Source of the DNA: an uncultured Methylophaga sp.
Lineage (GTDB): Bacteria > Pseudomonadota > Gammaproteobacteria > Nitrosococcales > Methylophagaceae
NCBI RefSeq assembly: GCF_947259025.1
Contig: NZ_CAMYKO010000007.1
Span: forward strand, 23,945-87,944
DNA: 64,000 nt
Reading direction: 5' to 3'
Of this stretch, positions 18,009 to 28,593 are shown piece after piece. The position numbers and the translations under genes were made by a program. How positions within the stretch are numbered: the first letter of the stretch is position 1; each line of letters starts with the position of its first letter. Below the pieces are notes generated by a model that saw only the letters and a program-made list of their open reading frames with translations, was not told where the DNA came from and did no database searches.

Positions 18009-20108
18009 ATGAAACACTCAAGCTATCAATGGCCGCTGAAAGTGGTCGCCGCCGCCTATCTGACTGCGATTTCCATTCAGGTCCAGGCCGAACACGGCTC
18101 GCTGAAACTGCAACCAATTGATGTCGTCGGCAACGCCGTGGCACCCGGTGATTTCGGTATTGAAGCCGATAAGCAGGAAATCCGCCAGACCCCCGGCGGT
18201 GTCAGCCTGATTGATATCGATCAGTTGAGCGAAGGTCAGGTATCCAGCCTGGAAGATGCTTTTCGATTTGTACCGGGCGTATGGGCGACCAGTCCCACCG
18301 GCACGGACAGCATCTTCCTGTCCAGTCGTGGCTCGAATCTGGATGCCATCAATTACGACACCAACGGCGTGAAACTGCTTCAGGACGGATTGCCGGTCAC
18401 TGCCGCTGACGGTAATAACCATAACCGTTTTATTGATCCGCTGAGCGCTAAATACGCGGTGTTTGCCCGTGGTGCCAATGCGATGAAATACGGTGCCAGC
18501 ACCTTGGGTGGCGCGGTGAACTTTATCAGCCGCACGGCCTATGACACCTCGCCGCTGACCCTGTCAGTCTCTGGTGGGAGCCATGGCGAGCGTCTGAGCC
18601 GTCTCACGGCAAGCAAGGTTTTCAATGATCAGGTCGATGGTCTGGTTACCATTGAAAACAAGCAATGGGATGGCTATCGAGATCACTCCAAGCATACCCG
18701 CACAGGCATTTATGCCAATGGTGGTCTGCGCCTGAGTGACAATGTGTCCACCCGTTTTTACTTCACCAAACTCGACAGTGACGAAGAACTGGCGGGCGGT
18801 CTGACCCGTGCTCAGGTTCGTGAAGATCGCGATCAGGCAGGCACTAATAATGGCAGAGATGCCGGTCACTTCCAGTTGGATGTTGATACCTGGCGTCTGG
18901 CTAATAAAACCACCTGGGACATTGATAACAACCGCCGCTTTGAATTTGGCGTGTCTTATGAAGAGCAGGAACTGTTTCACCCGATTGTCGCCGGGCAGTT
19001 TTTCAGCCTGATGATTGATAATCGTCAGCGTAATCTCGGTACCATGGCCCGCTATCACCACAAAGTAGGTAATCATGATTGGTTAATAGGCATGAACTAT
19101 GGTGTGACCTGGGTTGATGGCGGGAATTACTTCCAGTCCGGCGGCGTGAAAGGCGCCAAACAGCAGGTCAATGACAACGATGCGAATACCCTGGAACTGG
19201 TGGTACTGGATCGCTGGCAGTTTGCCGATGACTGGACCCTGGTGGCCGGGGCGCAAGCGGTTAAAGCTAACCGTGAAGTCCGTGGCAGCGATTTCAACTC
19301 AGGGGCCGTGGAACAGACCGAAGATGATTACAACAGTATTAACCCGCGTCTGGGGTTGATTTACCAGTTGAATCAGAACACCAGCCTGTACACCAACCTG
19401 AGCCGTCTGTACGAGCCACCGACAACCTATCAGTTGGATGATGGTACGACCACTGATAATGATGCGCTGGATGCGATGGAAGGCGAAGTGTTTGAGATCG
19501 GCAGCCGTGGCCATCATGCCATTAGCGACAACAGCCAGTGGGGCTGGGATATTTCGGCCTACTATGCCCAACTGGATAATGAAATTCTGTCAGTGGAAAA
19601 CCCTCAGCAACCAGGCAGATTCCTCACCAGTAACGCTGAATACACCATTCATGCTGGCATTGAAGCTTTGCTGAGCGCTGATATCGCATTAACCGATAAC
19701 CGTTACCATCGCCTGACCCCCCTGGTGAGTCTGACCTGGAATCGTTTCCGCTTTGATGACGATGACAGTTTCGGTGATAACACCCTGCCGGCAGCGCCCA
19801 AGTTCTCGCTCAAAGGTGAAATGCTTTACCGTCATAAAAACGGTTTCTATATTGGCCCTACCGTGGATTACGTAGGTGAGCGCTATGCCGATTTTGCCAA
19901 CAGTTATAAGGTGGACTCTTACACGCTGTTTGGTCTGAAAAGTGGCTGGTCCAATCAGAACTTCAAGGTCTTTGCAGAGGTGCGAAACTTGTTCGAGCGT
20001 GATTATATTGCCAGCCACAGCGTCCGGGCGGTGGCAGCAGAAGATGATGCCATCCTGAGTCCGGGAGCACCTTTATCAGCCTACGTCGGTGTCGAATACC
20101 GCATGTAA
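18009..20108 (+). CDS. TonB-dependent receptor, substrate unknown
   Basis: TPGGVSLID, LSSRGS, GVKLLQDGLPV, YGASTLGGAVNF plug motifs; terminal VGVEYRM. Confidence 0.88.
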   Translation: MKHSSYQWPLKVVAAAYLTAISIQVQAEHGSLKLQPIDVVGNAVAPGDFGIEADKQEIRQTPGGVSLIDIDQLSEGQVSSLEDAFRFVPGVWATSPTGTDSIFLSSRGSNLDAINYDTNGVKLLQDGLPVTAADGNNHNRFIDPLSAKYAVFARGANAMKYGASTLGGAVNFISRTAYDTSPLTLSVSGGSHGERLSRLTASKVFNDQVDGLVTIENKQWDGYRDHSKHTRTGIYANGGLRLSDNVSTRFYFTKLDSDEELAGGLTRAQVREDRDQAGTNNGRDAGHFQLDVDTWRLANKTTWDIDNNRRFEFGVSYEEQELFHPIVAGQFFSLMIDNRQRNLGTMARYHHKVGNHDWLIGMNYGVTWVDGGNYFQSGGVKGAKQQVNDNDANTLELVVLDRWQFADDWTLVAGAQAVKANREVRGSDFNSGAVEQTEDDYNSINPRLGLIYQLNQNTSLYTNLSRLYEPPTTYQLDDGTTTDNDALDAMEGEVFEIGSRGHHAISDNSQWGWDISAYYAQLDNEILSVENPQQPGRFLTSNAEYTIHAGIEALLSADIALTDNRYHRLTPLVSLTWNRFRFDDDDSFGDNTLPAAPKFSLKGEMLYRHKNGFYIGPTVDYVGERYADFANSYKVDSYTLFGLKSGWSNQNFKVFAEVRNLFERDYIASHSVRAVAAEDDAILSPGAPLSAYVGVEYRM

Positions 20109-20131
20109 GTTATTAATGAGCTAAACAAAAT

Positions 20132-20162
20132 AAGCCGTTGTCTTCGGGCAACGGCTTTTTTT
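20132..20162. terminator. Terminator, likely bidirectional
   Basis: AAGCCGTTGTC-TTCG-GGCAACGGCTTTTTTT. Confidence 0.9.
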
Positions 20163-20179
20163 ATGGCTGTGGATTCAGT

Positions 20180-20623
20180 TTATTGGCCGGAAATAATGCG
20201 ATCGAGCTGGTTAGCAAATTGTTGTCGATCGCGTTGATGGAAAGTTTTCTGACCGCCAGTATCGACGCCGCTGGAGCGAAGGGTATCCATAAAATCACGC
20301 ATGCTCAGGCGCGCCGCAATATTGCTTTTATCCAATAACTCGCCGCGCGGGCTGAGGCACAAAGCACCACGTTCAATGACGGTACTGGCCAGCGGAATAT
20401 CAGCGCTGATCACCAGATCGCCCTGACTGACCAGTGCAGCAATCTCATCATCAGCTTTATCGAAACCGGCAGTGACCTGTTTAAAATTAATCTGGCTGTC
20501 GGCCGGCATTTTCAGTGGATGATTGGCGATAAACGTCAGGGGCAGGCCGGTGCGGCGCGATGCCCGGAACAGGATCTCCCGCACCGGTCCTGGACAGGCA
20601 TCGGCATCCACCCAGATATGCAC
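20180..20623 (-). CDS. yaiI: YaiI/YqxD (DUF188) protein
   Basis: MHIWVDADACP, ADIPLA, MRDFMDTLRSSG. Confidence 0.92.
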   Translation of the reverse strand: MHIWVDADACPGPVREILFRASRRTGLPLTFIANHPLKMPADSQINFKQVTAGFDKADDEIAALVSQGDLVISADIPLASTVIERGALCLSPRGELLDKSNIAARLSMRDFMDTLRSSGVDTGGQKTFHQRDRQQFANQLDRIISGQ

Positions 20624-20627
20624 AGCT

Positions 20628-20951
20628 TCAGTCCTTATCGGAGCGATTCAGCGTGCGTTTATCCTGCCGCACGCGGATATGCAAAGCGGCTTTCGCCATC
20701 AGGTGGGCACTGACCGGCGCGGTAATAAACAGAAACAGGGTGACCAGCACCTCATGCAGGCTGAGGTCGCCGGTTTTGAAACTGAAATGCAGGGCAGAGG
20801 CTACCAGAATGGCACCGACGCCGAGCGTGCTGGCCTTGGTGGGGCCATGCAGACGCATATAAAAATCACGCAGTTTAAACAGCCCCAGTGAGCCAACCAG
20901 CGTGAAGAAAGCGCCGATAACAATCAAAACAGATAAAACAATGTCGAGCAT
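20628..20951 (-). CDS. mrpG: Mrp/Pha antiporter subunit G
   Basis: DFYMRLHGPTKASTLG, TAPVSAH. Confidence 0.92.
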   Translation of the reverse strand: MLDIVLSVLIVIGAFFTLVGSLGLFKLRDFYMRLHGPTKASTLGVGAILVASALHFSFKTGDLSLHEVLVTLFLFITAPVSAHLMAKAALHIRVRQDKRTLNRSDKD

Positions 20952-20953
20952 GA

Positions 20954-21223
20954 TTATTCCATGATATCGCCGCGTAGCAGGTATTTACTCAACGCCAGCG
21001 TCCCCATAAAACCCATCAGCGCGATCAATAACGCCGCTTCATAATAAAGGGTGCTGTGCAGGTTGATACCGAGCAGAATTAACAGCGCAATCGAGTTTAT
21101 ATAGAGGGTATCCAGCGCCAGGATACGGTCCGGTACATCCGGGCCTTTAAGCAGCCGCGCCAGACTCAGCAGCAGCGCAGCACAGACCATCACAAAAGCG
21201 ATATTGACGGCATAGTCCAGCAT
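20954..21223 (-). CDS. mrpF: Mrp/Pha antiporter subunit F
   Basis: KGPDVPDRILALDTL. Confidence 0.92.
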   Translation of the reverse strand: MLDYAVNIAFVMVCAALLLSLARLLKGPDVPDRILALDTLYINSIALLILLGINLHSTLYYEAALLIALMGFMGTLALSKYLLRGDIME

Positions 21224-21711
21224 CAGTTGAAAATCTCCTTGAGCGGCTTCTCAAAATGATTTTTGATTTCGTTAATGGTTGCTGTCATATCTTCCACGTG
21301 CAAAGCATGAATCAGAAGATAGGACTGATCTTCAGACAAGTCACAACTGACCGTGCCCGGCGTCAGCGAGATAGTGTTGGCCAACAGGCTGATAGCAATG
21401 GGTGAGGTCAGATCCAGAGGCAACTGGATAAAACCCGGTTGCAGCTTATCCTGCTTGGTTAGAATCAGCTTGGCTACCACCACATTGGCCACCATGATTT
21501 CATAAATCACCACGGCAACAAATTTAGCCAGCAACCACGGCCGGCGGATCACAACCTTTTCCTGCCAGAAGGACGCGGTGAACCAGGGGATAAACATCGC
21601 CAGTGCTGCACCCAGCAGCACATGACCAAAGGCTAGGGTATTATTCAGCAACAGCCAGATAATCCATAAAGCCAGGCTCAGAAAGGGATGAGGAAACCAT
21701 CTTTTCAGCAT
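21223..21711 (-). CDS. mrpE: Mrp/Pha antiporter subunit E
   Basis: LANTISLTPGT, LLIHAL. Confidence 0.92.
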   Translation of the reverse strand: MLKRWFPHPFLSLALWIIWLLLNNTLAFGHVLLGAALAMFIPWFTASFWQEKVVIRRPWLLAKFVAVVIYEIMVANVVVAKLILTKQDKLQPGFIQLPLDLTSPIAISLLANTISLTPGTVSCDLSEDQSYLLIHALHVEDMTATINEIKNHFEKPLKEIFN

Positions 21712-21712
21712 C

Positions 21713-23236
21713 TTATTCTCTCGTCACCGCCGGTTGTTGAAGCACGGCATTGATGTAGCCATCACGGTCTACATACTGGGCCGCTGCCTGTTGGGTCAGT
21801 GCTGTTAGTGGGCCGGCACTGATCACCATCAAAGGACTGATCAGTAATAATGCCACGACGACAGCCAGGGCGGAGGATTTCTGTGTTTGTCCGTCATTAT
21901 GGGTGTCGGTATTGACCTGATAAAACAGGGTTGAGCCACTTCTCGCCATGGCGATCATCATCAGCAAGCTGCCCAGCAGGATAGCGCTGAAAATCCATAC
22001 CTGCAGCGGATGGCCCAACGCCGCGTCAAGCAGCAAGACTTTGCCAAAGAAGCCCGATAATGGCGGCATGCCGGTAATACTGATGGCGGCGACCAGATAC
22101 AAACTGCCCAGCAGAATGGCCTGAGACATAGGCGGTGCACTGCGCAAACGATCAGCATAACTGCCACGTCCACGGGCAATCAGATCCGCCATCAGGAAAA
22201 AGGCGGCACCCATCAGGGTCGAATGCAGCAGGTAATAAAGACTGGCTGACAATGCCTGAGCCTGGTTTATGCCGATACCGATCAGTAGGGTCGCGACTGA
22301 GGCGAGCACCAGAAATGCCGCCTGTTCTTTCAAGCCCCGGGCAGCAAAAACACCAAATGCCCCCAGCAGCAGCGTGAGCATGCCTAACCAGAGAACGACA
22401 TCCAGATGCAGACCCGCCAGCGCGCCAGCCTGTTCACCGAACAAGGTGCCGTGAACACGAACAATCGCATAGAGCCCGACTTTGGTCATTATCGCGAACA
22501 GGGCAGCCACAGCCGCAGAGGTGTGGGCATAGGCACCGGGCAACCAGAGATAAAGCGGGAACATGGCTGCCTTGATGCCAAATACCACTAACAGCAACAT
22601 GGCCGCCGCAGCGACGATGCCCTGGTCAGCAGGACTGACTGTTGCCATTTTGTCAGCCATATCAGCGATATTCAGCGTCCCCAGCACACCGTAGAGGGTG
22701 CCCACGGCAAATAAAAACAGGCTGGAACCGACCAGGTTAATCACCACATAATGCAGCCCGCCCTTGGTACGCAGGCGCCCGCCGCCATGCAAAAGCAGGC
22801 CGTAAGAAGCCAGTAGCAGTACTTCAAAGAACACAAACAGATTAAACAGATCGCCGGTCAGAAAAGCACCATTGAGGCCGAACAACTGAATTTGATAAAG
22901 CACATGGAAATGCTCGCCCTGACGGTCAGTGTCCTGACTTATCGCATAGAGCAGGGCAAACAGGGCCAATACAGCTGTCACCAGCAACAACAGAGCCGAC
23001 AGTTGATCCAGCACCAGTACAATGCCGAACGGTGCCAGCCAGTTACCCAGCAGATACACCTCATGGCCGCTGTTGCCGGCAACCATTAATGTTTTAACAG
23101 TCAGCACGACTAGCGCGACGGTCATCGTCAGATTCACAGCGCGTTGCCAGTTCAGGCCACCTACGCGGGTAAACAGCGCCAGGATACCGCCAATCAGAGG
23201 CAGCAAAACAGGAAGAACAGGCCAGATAGAACTCAT
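21713..23236 (-). CDS. mrpD: Mrp/Pha antiporter subunit D
   Basis: GDLFNLFVFFEVLL, KAAMFPL..WLP (NuoM/N-like). Confidence 0.92.
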   Translation of the reverse strand: MSSIWPVLPVLLPLIGGILALFTRVGGLNWQRAVNLTMTVALVVLTVKTLMVAGNSGHEVYLLGNWLAPFGIVLVLDQLSALLLLVTAVLALFALLYAISQDTDRQGEHFHVLYQIQLFGLNGAFLTGDLFNLFVFFEVLLLASYGLLLHGGGRLRTKGGLHYVVINLVGSSLFLFAVGTLYGVLGTLNIADMADKMATVSPADQGIVAAAAMLLLVVFGIKAAMFPLYLWLPGAYAHTSAAVAALFAIMTKVGLYAIVRVHGTLFGEQAGALAGLHLDVVLWLGMLTLLLGAFGVFAARGLKEQAAFLVLASVATLLIGIGINQAQALSASLYYLLHSTLMGAAFFLMADLIARGRGSYADRLRSAPPMSQAILLGSLYLVAAISITGMPPLSGFFGKVLLLDAALGHPLQVWIFSAILLGSLLMMIAMARSGSTLFYQVNTDTHNDGQTQKSSALAVVVALLLISPLMVISAGPLTALTQQAAAQYVDRDGYINAVLQQPAVTRE

Positions 23237-23601
23237 GTCTGATCCGCCTTGCTTTTCGGCGCCTGTTCTTCAGCTACATAACTCATGCCATCGACATGAT
23301 CATTACCCAACTCGCTGCGGGCTTTCAAAGCCAGCACGATCAAAAAGGCAGTCATGCCAAAGGCAATGACGATCGCGGTCAGCACCAGTGCCTGTGGCAG
23401 GGGATCAGTGTAGCCGCTGGCTTCGGGTGAGATGATAGCTGCCTGGCCCACCTGCAGCCGGCCCATGGAAAACAGAAAGACATTGACCGCATACGACAGC
23501 AAAGTCAGGCCCAGCACCAGCGGAAAGGTGCGGGCGCGAAGCACCAGGTAGACTCCACTGGCTGTCATTACGCCGATAACAATGGCGACTAACCACTCCA
23601 T
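23233..23601 (-). CDS. mrpC: Mrp/Pha antiporter subunit C
   Basis: DPLPQALVLTAIVIAF. Confidence 0.92.
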   Translation of the reverse strand: MEWLVAIVIGVMTASGVYLVLRARTFPLVLGLTLLSYAVNVFLFSMGRLQVGQAAIISPEASGYTDPLPQALVLTAIVIAFGMTAFLIVLALKARSELGNDHVDGMSYVAEEQAPKSKADQT

Positions 23602-26427
23602 TTAGTAACGCTCCTGTTGTTGCATTTCGTGCGAGGCATGGCTGAGTTTGCCCAGTTCCACCAGGATCAGCACCGTCGCGCCTACTACGACCAGGAAGAC
23701 ACCTAAATCAAAGGCCATGGCACTGGCGATTTCAAACTTGCCGACCAGCGGCCACTTCAGATAGGTGAAGGTTGAGGTCAGGAAGGGATGTGACAACAGC
23801 ATGGCAACTACGCCGGTGACCACGGCAGCACTGAGTCCCAGTGCAGTGACTACATGCATATCAGCGCGAATACGTTGATTAGTCCAGTCGATGCCATTGG
23901 CCAGATATTGCGAAATCAAGGCTACGGCAGCGATCAGACCGGCAATAAAGCCGCCGCCGGGCAGGTTATGGCCACGCAGGAAAATAAACACAGCGACCAT
24001 CAGCATCAGGGGGAACAGCAGCCGGGTCAGCGTCTGCATGATAGGCGGATGCGGATCGTGGCTCCACTCCCGACCTTGAATATCACGCAACGGTGCCGGC
24101 AAGCGCAGTTGTTTGAGCATAGCGAAGATACCCAGTCCGGCCAATGCCAGTACCACGATTTCACCCAGCGTATCGAAACCGCGGAAGTCGACCAGAATCA
24201 CATTGACGACATTGGTGCCACCGCCGCCGGGTTTACTGTTCTCGATAAAGAAGTCGGAAATCGGCGCATAGTCACGGCTCATCACTGCCATGGCCAGCAG
24301 CATGACACTGACACCGGCACTGACTGAGAGTACAACATCACGGGTCATACGGCTGGCATTGCGTTCCTGAGGTGTGTGCTGAGGCAGGAAAAACAAGGCC
24401 AGCAGCAGTAACACAATAGTGACGACTTCCACGGACAGCTGGGTCAGAGCCAGGTCCGGCGCGGAGAATTTAACAAAGCCCAGCGACACGATGAGTCCCA
24501 CCACGCCGACAATGATCAGTGACACCAGTCGTTGATGATGCAACACCGCACACAAGACACTGGCCAAAATGACAAAGGCGGCCAAAGCCAGCGTCAGCAC
24601 ATCAACGGCCATCAGATTCCGATCGCCCAGCAAAGGGCTGTTGAATTGCAGATAACCGGCAACAACCGCAACGACAGCGCTTAGCAACACCCAACTGGTG
24701 GCATTCTGCAGCGAACCACGATCAAAGAGACGACTGATTTTACCGGTCGCCACCAACAGGCCATGCAGGCACATATTGAACAGAGTCCGGGCATCTATGC
24801 GCGGCAGATTCTCATCATGCCATCGGAACAGCTTATGACGGTTAAAATAGACCACCGCACCAATGCCCATCGCAATAAAGCTCATAATCAGCGGCAGGTT
24901 AATACCGTGCCAGATAGCAAGGCTGTAGGCCGGTGCCGCTTCTTGCAGACTGGCCGATACAGCCACTGTCAGAATCGGGGCAACCAGGATCATCGGTGCC
25001 ATTCCCACACCCAGGCAAAGCAGCACCAGGATATCGACCGGGATCTTCATAAAGCGTGGTGGCTCATGTGGTGTCTTGGTGAGCCCGACCGGTTCACCGT
25101 TAAAGAACACATCATGAATAAAGCGCAGCGAGTAGGCGACCGAGAAAATCGCCCCCAGGGTGACCAGCACCGGGATAGCCCAGGTCAGGATATTGCCGCC
25201 ACTGGCAGTCACGGCCTGCTGGAAGAACATTTCTTTACTCAGAAAGCCATTCAACAAGGGCACGCCGGCCATAGCCGAGGCGGCAATCATCGCAAGCACC
25301 GCAGTATGCGGCATGTACTTGAGCATGCCATTGACCTTACGCATATCACGGCTGCCGCATTCGTGGTCGATAATGCCGGCCACCATAAACAGCGAGGCTT
25401 TAAAAGTCGCATGGTTAATAATATGGAAAATCGCGGCAACAGCAGCCAGTTGTGTGCCGAAACCGAACAACAAGGTAATCAGCCCCAGATGGCTGATAGT
25501 GGAGTAGGCCAGCAGTCCCTTGAGATCATGTTTGAACAGTGCGGTGTAAGCACCGAGCACCATAGTGATCATGCCGGCACCACCGACCAGCCAGCCCCAG
25601 GCTTCGGTGCCTGATAGGGCCGGGAACAGGCGTGCCAGCATGAAGATACCGGCTTTGACCATGGTCGCCGAGTGCAGGTAAGCCGAGACAGGTGTCGGGG
25701 CTGCCATGGCATGTGGCAGCCAGAAGTGGAACGGGAACTGGGCTGACTTGGTGAATACGCCCAGCAGGATCAGCACCAGTGCCGTCAGATAAAGATCATG
25801 CTGGCGAATCAGATCGCCGGCCGCCAGTACCTCGGTCAGATTATAGCTACCGACAATATGGCCGATAATCAACACACCAGCCAGCATGGCCAGACCACCT
25901 GCACCAGTTATCGCCAGCGCCATACGGGCACCATCACGGGCATCCTGTTGATGTTGCCAATAGCTGATCAATAAAAATGAGGTCAGCGAGGTCAGCTCCC
26001 AGAAAACGACCAGCTGGATCAGGTTTTCCGACAGCACGATGCCCAGCATCGAGCCCATGAACATCAGCAAATAGGCAAAAAAGCGGCCCATCGAGTCGCC
26101 GGGAGAGAGGTAATAGCGGGCATAGAGAATGACCAGCAGGCCGATCAGCAAAATCAGAAAACTGAACAACAAGGCCAATCCGTCTAGGCGGAAAGCAAAG
26201 TCCAGTCCCAAGGCGGGCAGCCAGGACCAGCTCTGAATCAGTGTCTCGCCGGCGAAGGGTATCGACATAGCCGGCATCAGCATGATCAATGACAGCAGGG
26301 TTACCAAACCCGCCGCCCAGGCCGATGCCACCCGGTTGATATTGGCTGCCCAGGCAGCCAGCGGTGCCCCGAAAAACGGGATCAGGGCAACCAGTGGGAG
26401 ATTAAATGAGAGCAAGTCCATTAACAT
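23602..26427 (-). CDS. mrpA: Mrp/Pha antiporter subunit A/B fusion
   Basis: [34 protein letters not shown]; C-terminal MrpB domain ([16 protein letters not shown]). Confidence 0.93.
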   Translation of the reverse strand: MLMDLLSFNLPLVALIPFFGAPLAAWAANINRVASAWAAGLVTLLSLIMLMPAMSIPFAGETLIQSWSWLPALGLDFAFRLDGLALLFSFLILLIGLLVILYARYYLSPGDSMGRFFAYLLMFMGSMLGIVLSENLIQLVVFWELTSLTSFLLISYWQHQQDARDGARMALAITGAGGLAMLAGVLIIGHIVGSYNLTEVLAAGDLIRQHDLYLTALVLILLGVFTKSAQFPFHFWLPHAMAAPTPVSAYLHSATMVKAGIFMLARLFPALSGTEAWGWLVGGAGMITMVLGAYTALFKHDLKGLLAYSTISHLGLITLLFGFGTQLAAVAAIFHIINHATFKASLFMVAGIIDHECGSRDMRKVNGMLKYMPHTAVLAMIAASAMAGVPLLNGFLSKEMFFQQAVTASGGNILTWAIPVLVTLGAIFSVAYSLRFIHDVFFNGEPVGLTKTPHEPPRFMKIPVDILVLLCLGVGMAPMILVAPILTVAVSASLQEAAPAYSLAIWHGINLPLIMSFIAMGIGAVVYFNRHKLFRWHDENLPRIDARTLFNMCLHGLLVATGKISRLFDRGSLQNATSWVLLSAVVAVVAGYLQFNSPLLGDRNLMAVDVLTLALAAFVILASVLCAVLHHQRLVSLIIVGVVGLIVSLGFVKFSAPDLALTQLSVEVVTIVLLLLALFFLPQHTPQERNASRMTRDVVLSVSAGVSVMLLAMAVMSRDYAPISDFFIENSKPGGGGTNVVNVILVDFRGFDTLGEIVVLALAGLGIFAMLKQLRLPAPLRDIQGREWSHDPHPPIMQTLTRLLFPLMLMVAVFIFLRGHNLPGGGFIAGLIAAVALISQYLANGIDWTNQRIRADMHVVTALGLSAAVVTGVVAMLLSHPFLTSTFTYLKWPLVGKFEIASAMAFDLGVFLVVVGATVLILVELGKLSHASHEMQQQERY

Positions 26428-26470
26428 TAATCAGGTCGCGCTTTGGCGATTACCCCTGTGTAGCTGATTT

Positions 26471-26502
26471 AAAAAAGCACTGCCCGGGTGCCGGACAGTG
26501 CT
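26471..26502 (-). terminator. Terminator after cytochrome c5
   Basis: Minus strand: AGCACTGTCCGG-CAC-CCGGGCAGTGCT then TTTTTT. Confidence 0.75.
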
Positions 26503-26524
26503 CGCTTTTGGTTAGTTGTATATT

Positions 26525-27007
26525 TTATTGCGCCTGCGACACCATGTAATCGACCGCGGCTTTGACATCATCATCACTCAAGTCCGGGTTACCACCACGA
26601 GCCGGCATGGTGTTGAAGCCGTTAATAGCGTGGTCATAAAGGGTTTCGATACCTTTTTCGATACGCGGCGCCCATTCATCAGCACTGCCCAGTTTGGGAG
26701 ATTGCATCAGACCAGCAGCATGACAGGTGGCACAAACGGAAGACACAATTTGTTCACCTGGACCACCGGCACCGCCAGTATCAGTCGCTTCGGCTGGCGG
26801 AGCTTCGACAGCGGGCGGTTCACCGATTTCAACCTGGGCAATCGGCTTGATACGTTCTTCAACAGCTTCAGGCTCCATACTCTCCGGCGCCGTCACATTT
26901 TTTGCGACGTTTTCCATGTTGTTAAGCACGACCAGCACCACACCAAACAGCACCATGAAAATGACCAGACTGCCGATAAAAAACTGGCCTGATTTTTTAT
27001 TATTCAT
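26525..27007 (-). CDS. Cytochrome c5 family protein
   Basis: CATCH heme motif, ERIKPIAQV, GFNTMPARGG, LSDDDVKAAVDYM. Confidence 0.92.
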   Translation of the reverse strand: MNNKKSGQFFIGSLVIFMVLFGVVLVVLNNMENVAKNVTAPESMEPEAVEERIKPIAQVEIGEPPAVEAPPAEATDTGGAGGPGEQIVSSVCATCHAAGLMQSPKLGSADEWAPRIEKGIETLYDHAINGFNTMPARGGNPDLSDDDVKAAVDYMVSQAQ

Positions 27008-27084
27008 CGTTGAACCTCAAGCATAAGATTGAAAACCTGCGGCAATTATACGGTTATCCATCACGCTGTGCCACGCCATGAGGT

Positions 27085-28098
27085 TTATTCCTCTATGGGA
27101 GTGAGTGCAATTTTACCCAGCGTATGACCACTGAGCAGTTGCTGATGTGCTTCACCCAAGCTATCGGCAGTCATCGGGCCGAGGTTGTGCTTCAGCGTGG
27201 AGCGTAAGCTGCCGTCATCCAGCATTTCCGATACCCGGTTCAGAAGTTGGTGCTGAGCGCTGATGTCATCGGTTTTAAACATTGGCCGGGTAAACATGAA
27301 TTCCCAGACAATGCCGGCGCTTTTGGTCTTGAGTTTGTCGATATTTTGCTGCTGCTGGCTGGTCACCACAAAGCAGATCATGCCCTGCGGTGCGATCAAA
27401 TCAGTGACCAGTTCGTAGTAAGGATCGGTATCGCCCAGACACAGAATATAATCGGGTGGGGCAATGTTGAGTTTCGCGTATTCCTCGCTCAGATCGTGAT
27501 GATCGATCACGTGATCCGCGCCCAGTTCCCGGCACCAGGCTGACGATTCTGGCCGTGATGCGGTGGCAACCACGTTCAGCTCAGCCACCTGTTTGGCTAA
27601 CTGAATCGCCATCGAGCCGACCCCACCGGCAGCACCGATGATCAGCAGGGTTTTGCCTGTATCCAGGTTGGGGAAAATTCTCATCCGGGAAAACAAAGCC
27701 TCCCAGGCGGTAATACTGGTCAAAGGCATGGCTGCCGCTTCAACTGCTGGCAGCTTTCTGGGGGCAAAGCCGACAATACGTTCATCCACCAGTTGATGAC
27801 TGGCATAGCAACCATCACGGCTGATATCGCCGGCATAAAATACCTTGTCACCTACTTTAAAAAGCTCGCAGTCTTTACCCGCTGCGATCACCGTGCCAGT
27901 AGCGTCCCATCCAATAAGCTTAGGCTTCTCCAACTGACCCTCAATACCCGCTTTGACTTTGGTATCGACCGGGTTGACCGCGATAGCGTCGATTTTGATC
28001 AGCAGATCTTTACCTTCAGGAACCGGCAAGGGCTGAGTGAAACGGGTGGCTGTTGTGTCGCTGCTGGTATAGCCCAGAGAAATCATTTCCTGGCTCAT
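27085..28098 (-). CDS. Zinc-binding alcohol dehydrogenase-family / quinone oxidoreductase
   Basis: AVNPVDTKV, MPLTSITAWEALF, GAAGGVGS. Confidence 0.88.
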   Translation of the reverse strand: MSQEMISLGYTSSDTTATRFTQPLPVPEGKDLLIKIDAIAVNPVDTKVKAGIEGQLEKPKLIGWDATGTVIAAGKDCELFKVGDKVFYAGDISRDGCYASHQLVDERIVGFAPRKLPAVEAAAMPLTSITAWEALFSRMRIFPNLDTGKTLLIIGAAGGVGSMAIQLAKQVAELNVVATASRPESSAWCRELGADHVIDHHDLSEEYAKLNIAPPDYILCLGDTDPYYELVTDLIAPQGMICFVVTSQQQQNIDKLKTKSAGIVWEFMFTRPMFKTDDISAQHQLLNRVSEMLDDGSLRSTLKHNLGPMTADSLGEAHQQLLSGHTLGKIALTPIEE

Positions 28099-28179
28099 AA
28101 TCTGCCTCGTTGCATGGGTGGTGGTCCATCTTAATGAAACGGGCCGGCAAAAGGCAATCGAGGGCTTTGATGTTTATTT

Positions 28180-28205
28180 TGTAACGTTTGGTGTTTGAGA
28201 CCGTC
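28180..28205 (+). promoter_or_regulatory. ECF-sigma-type promoter of the bufferin cluster
   Basis: TGTAAC-N16-CGTC, about 90 bp upstream of the first precursor. Confidence 0.5.
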
Positions 28206-28294
28206 GACACTGTAGGGAGGCGCCCCCCTACTATCATCATTAACGGCCCAGGCTGTGAGTGATGCTCGAAACCTTAATGATAGAAGGGAGTGAT

Positions 28295-28558
28295 ATGAAT
28301 AAATTGAAAACAACAACGGGACTGGCCCTGGCCGTCGCTGCAGCGGGATTGATGGGCTGTACGGCAAACCAGGCAAACACCAGTCAGGCCAGTGCCCAGG
28401 AAATGGTGCATTGTCACGGCGTTAACAAATGCGCCGGTCATAACGACTGCAAAACGGCAGATAATGCTTGTGCCGGGCAGGGGGCATGTAAAGGCCAGGG
28501 GTTTGTCACCATGTCTGCCAAAGCCTGTGGTGATGTCGGCGGCGAAGTCGGCAGTTAA
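28295..28558 (+). CDS. BufA2-like Cys-rich RiPP precursor 1 (probable lipoprotein)
   Basis: GGGAG RBS; signal ending LMG-C; core [33 protein letters not shown]; adjacent to DUF692. Confidence 0.8.
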   Translation: MNKLKTTTGLALAVAAAGLMGCTANQANTSQASAQEMVHCHGVNKCAGHNDCKTADNACAGQGACKGQGFVTMSAKACGDVGGEVGS

Positions 28559-28593
28559 TTTACTTTCGTCGCTGGACGAATAAGGAGACAAAC

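Noticed and set aside
24763-25614. 283-aa plus-strand ORF and similar ORFs antisense to mrp, rsx, rep, uvrC
   Set aside because: Antisense shadows of well-supported genes.
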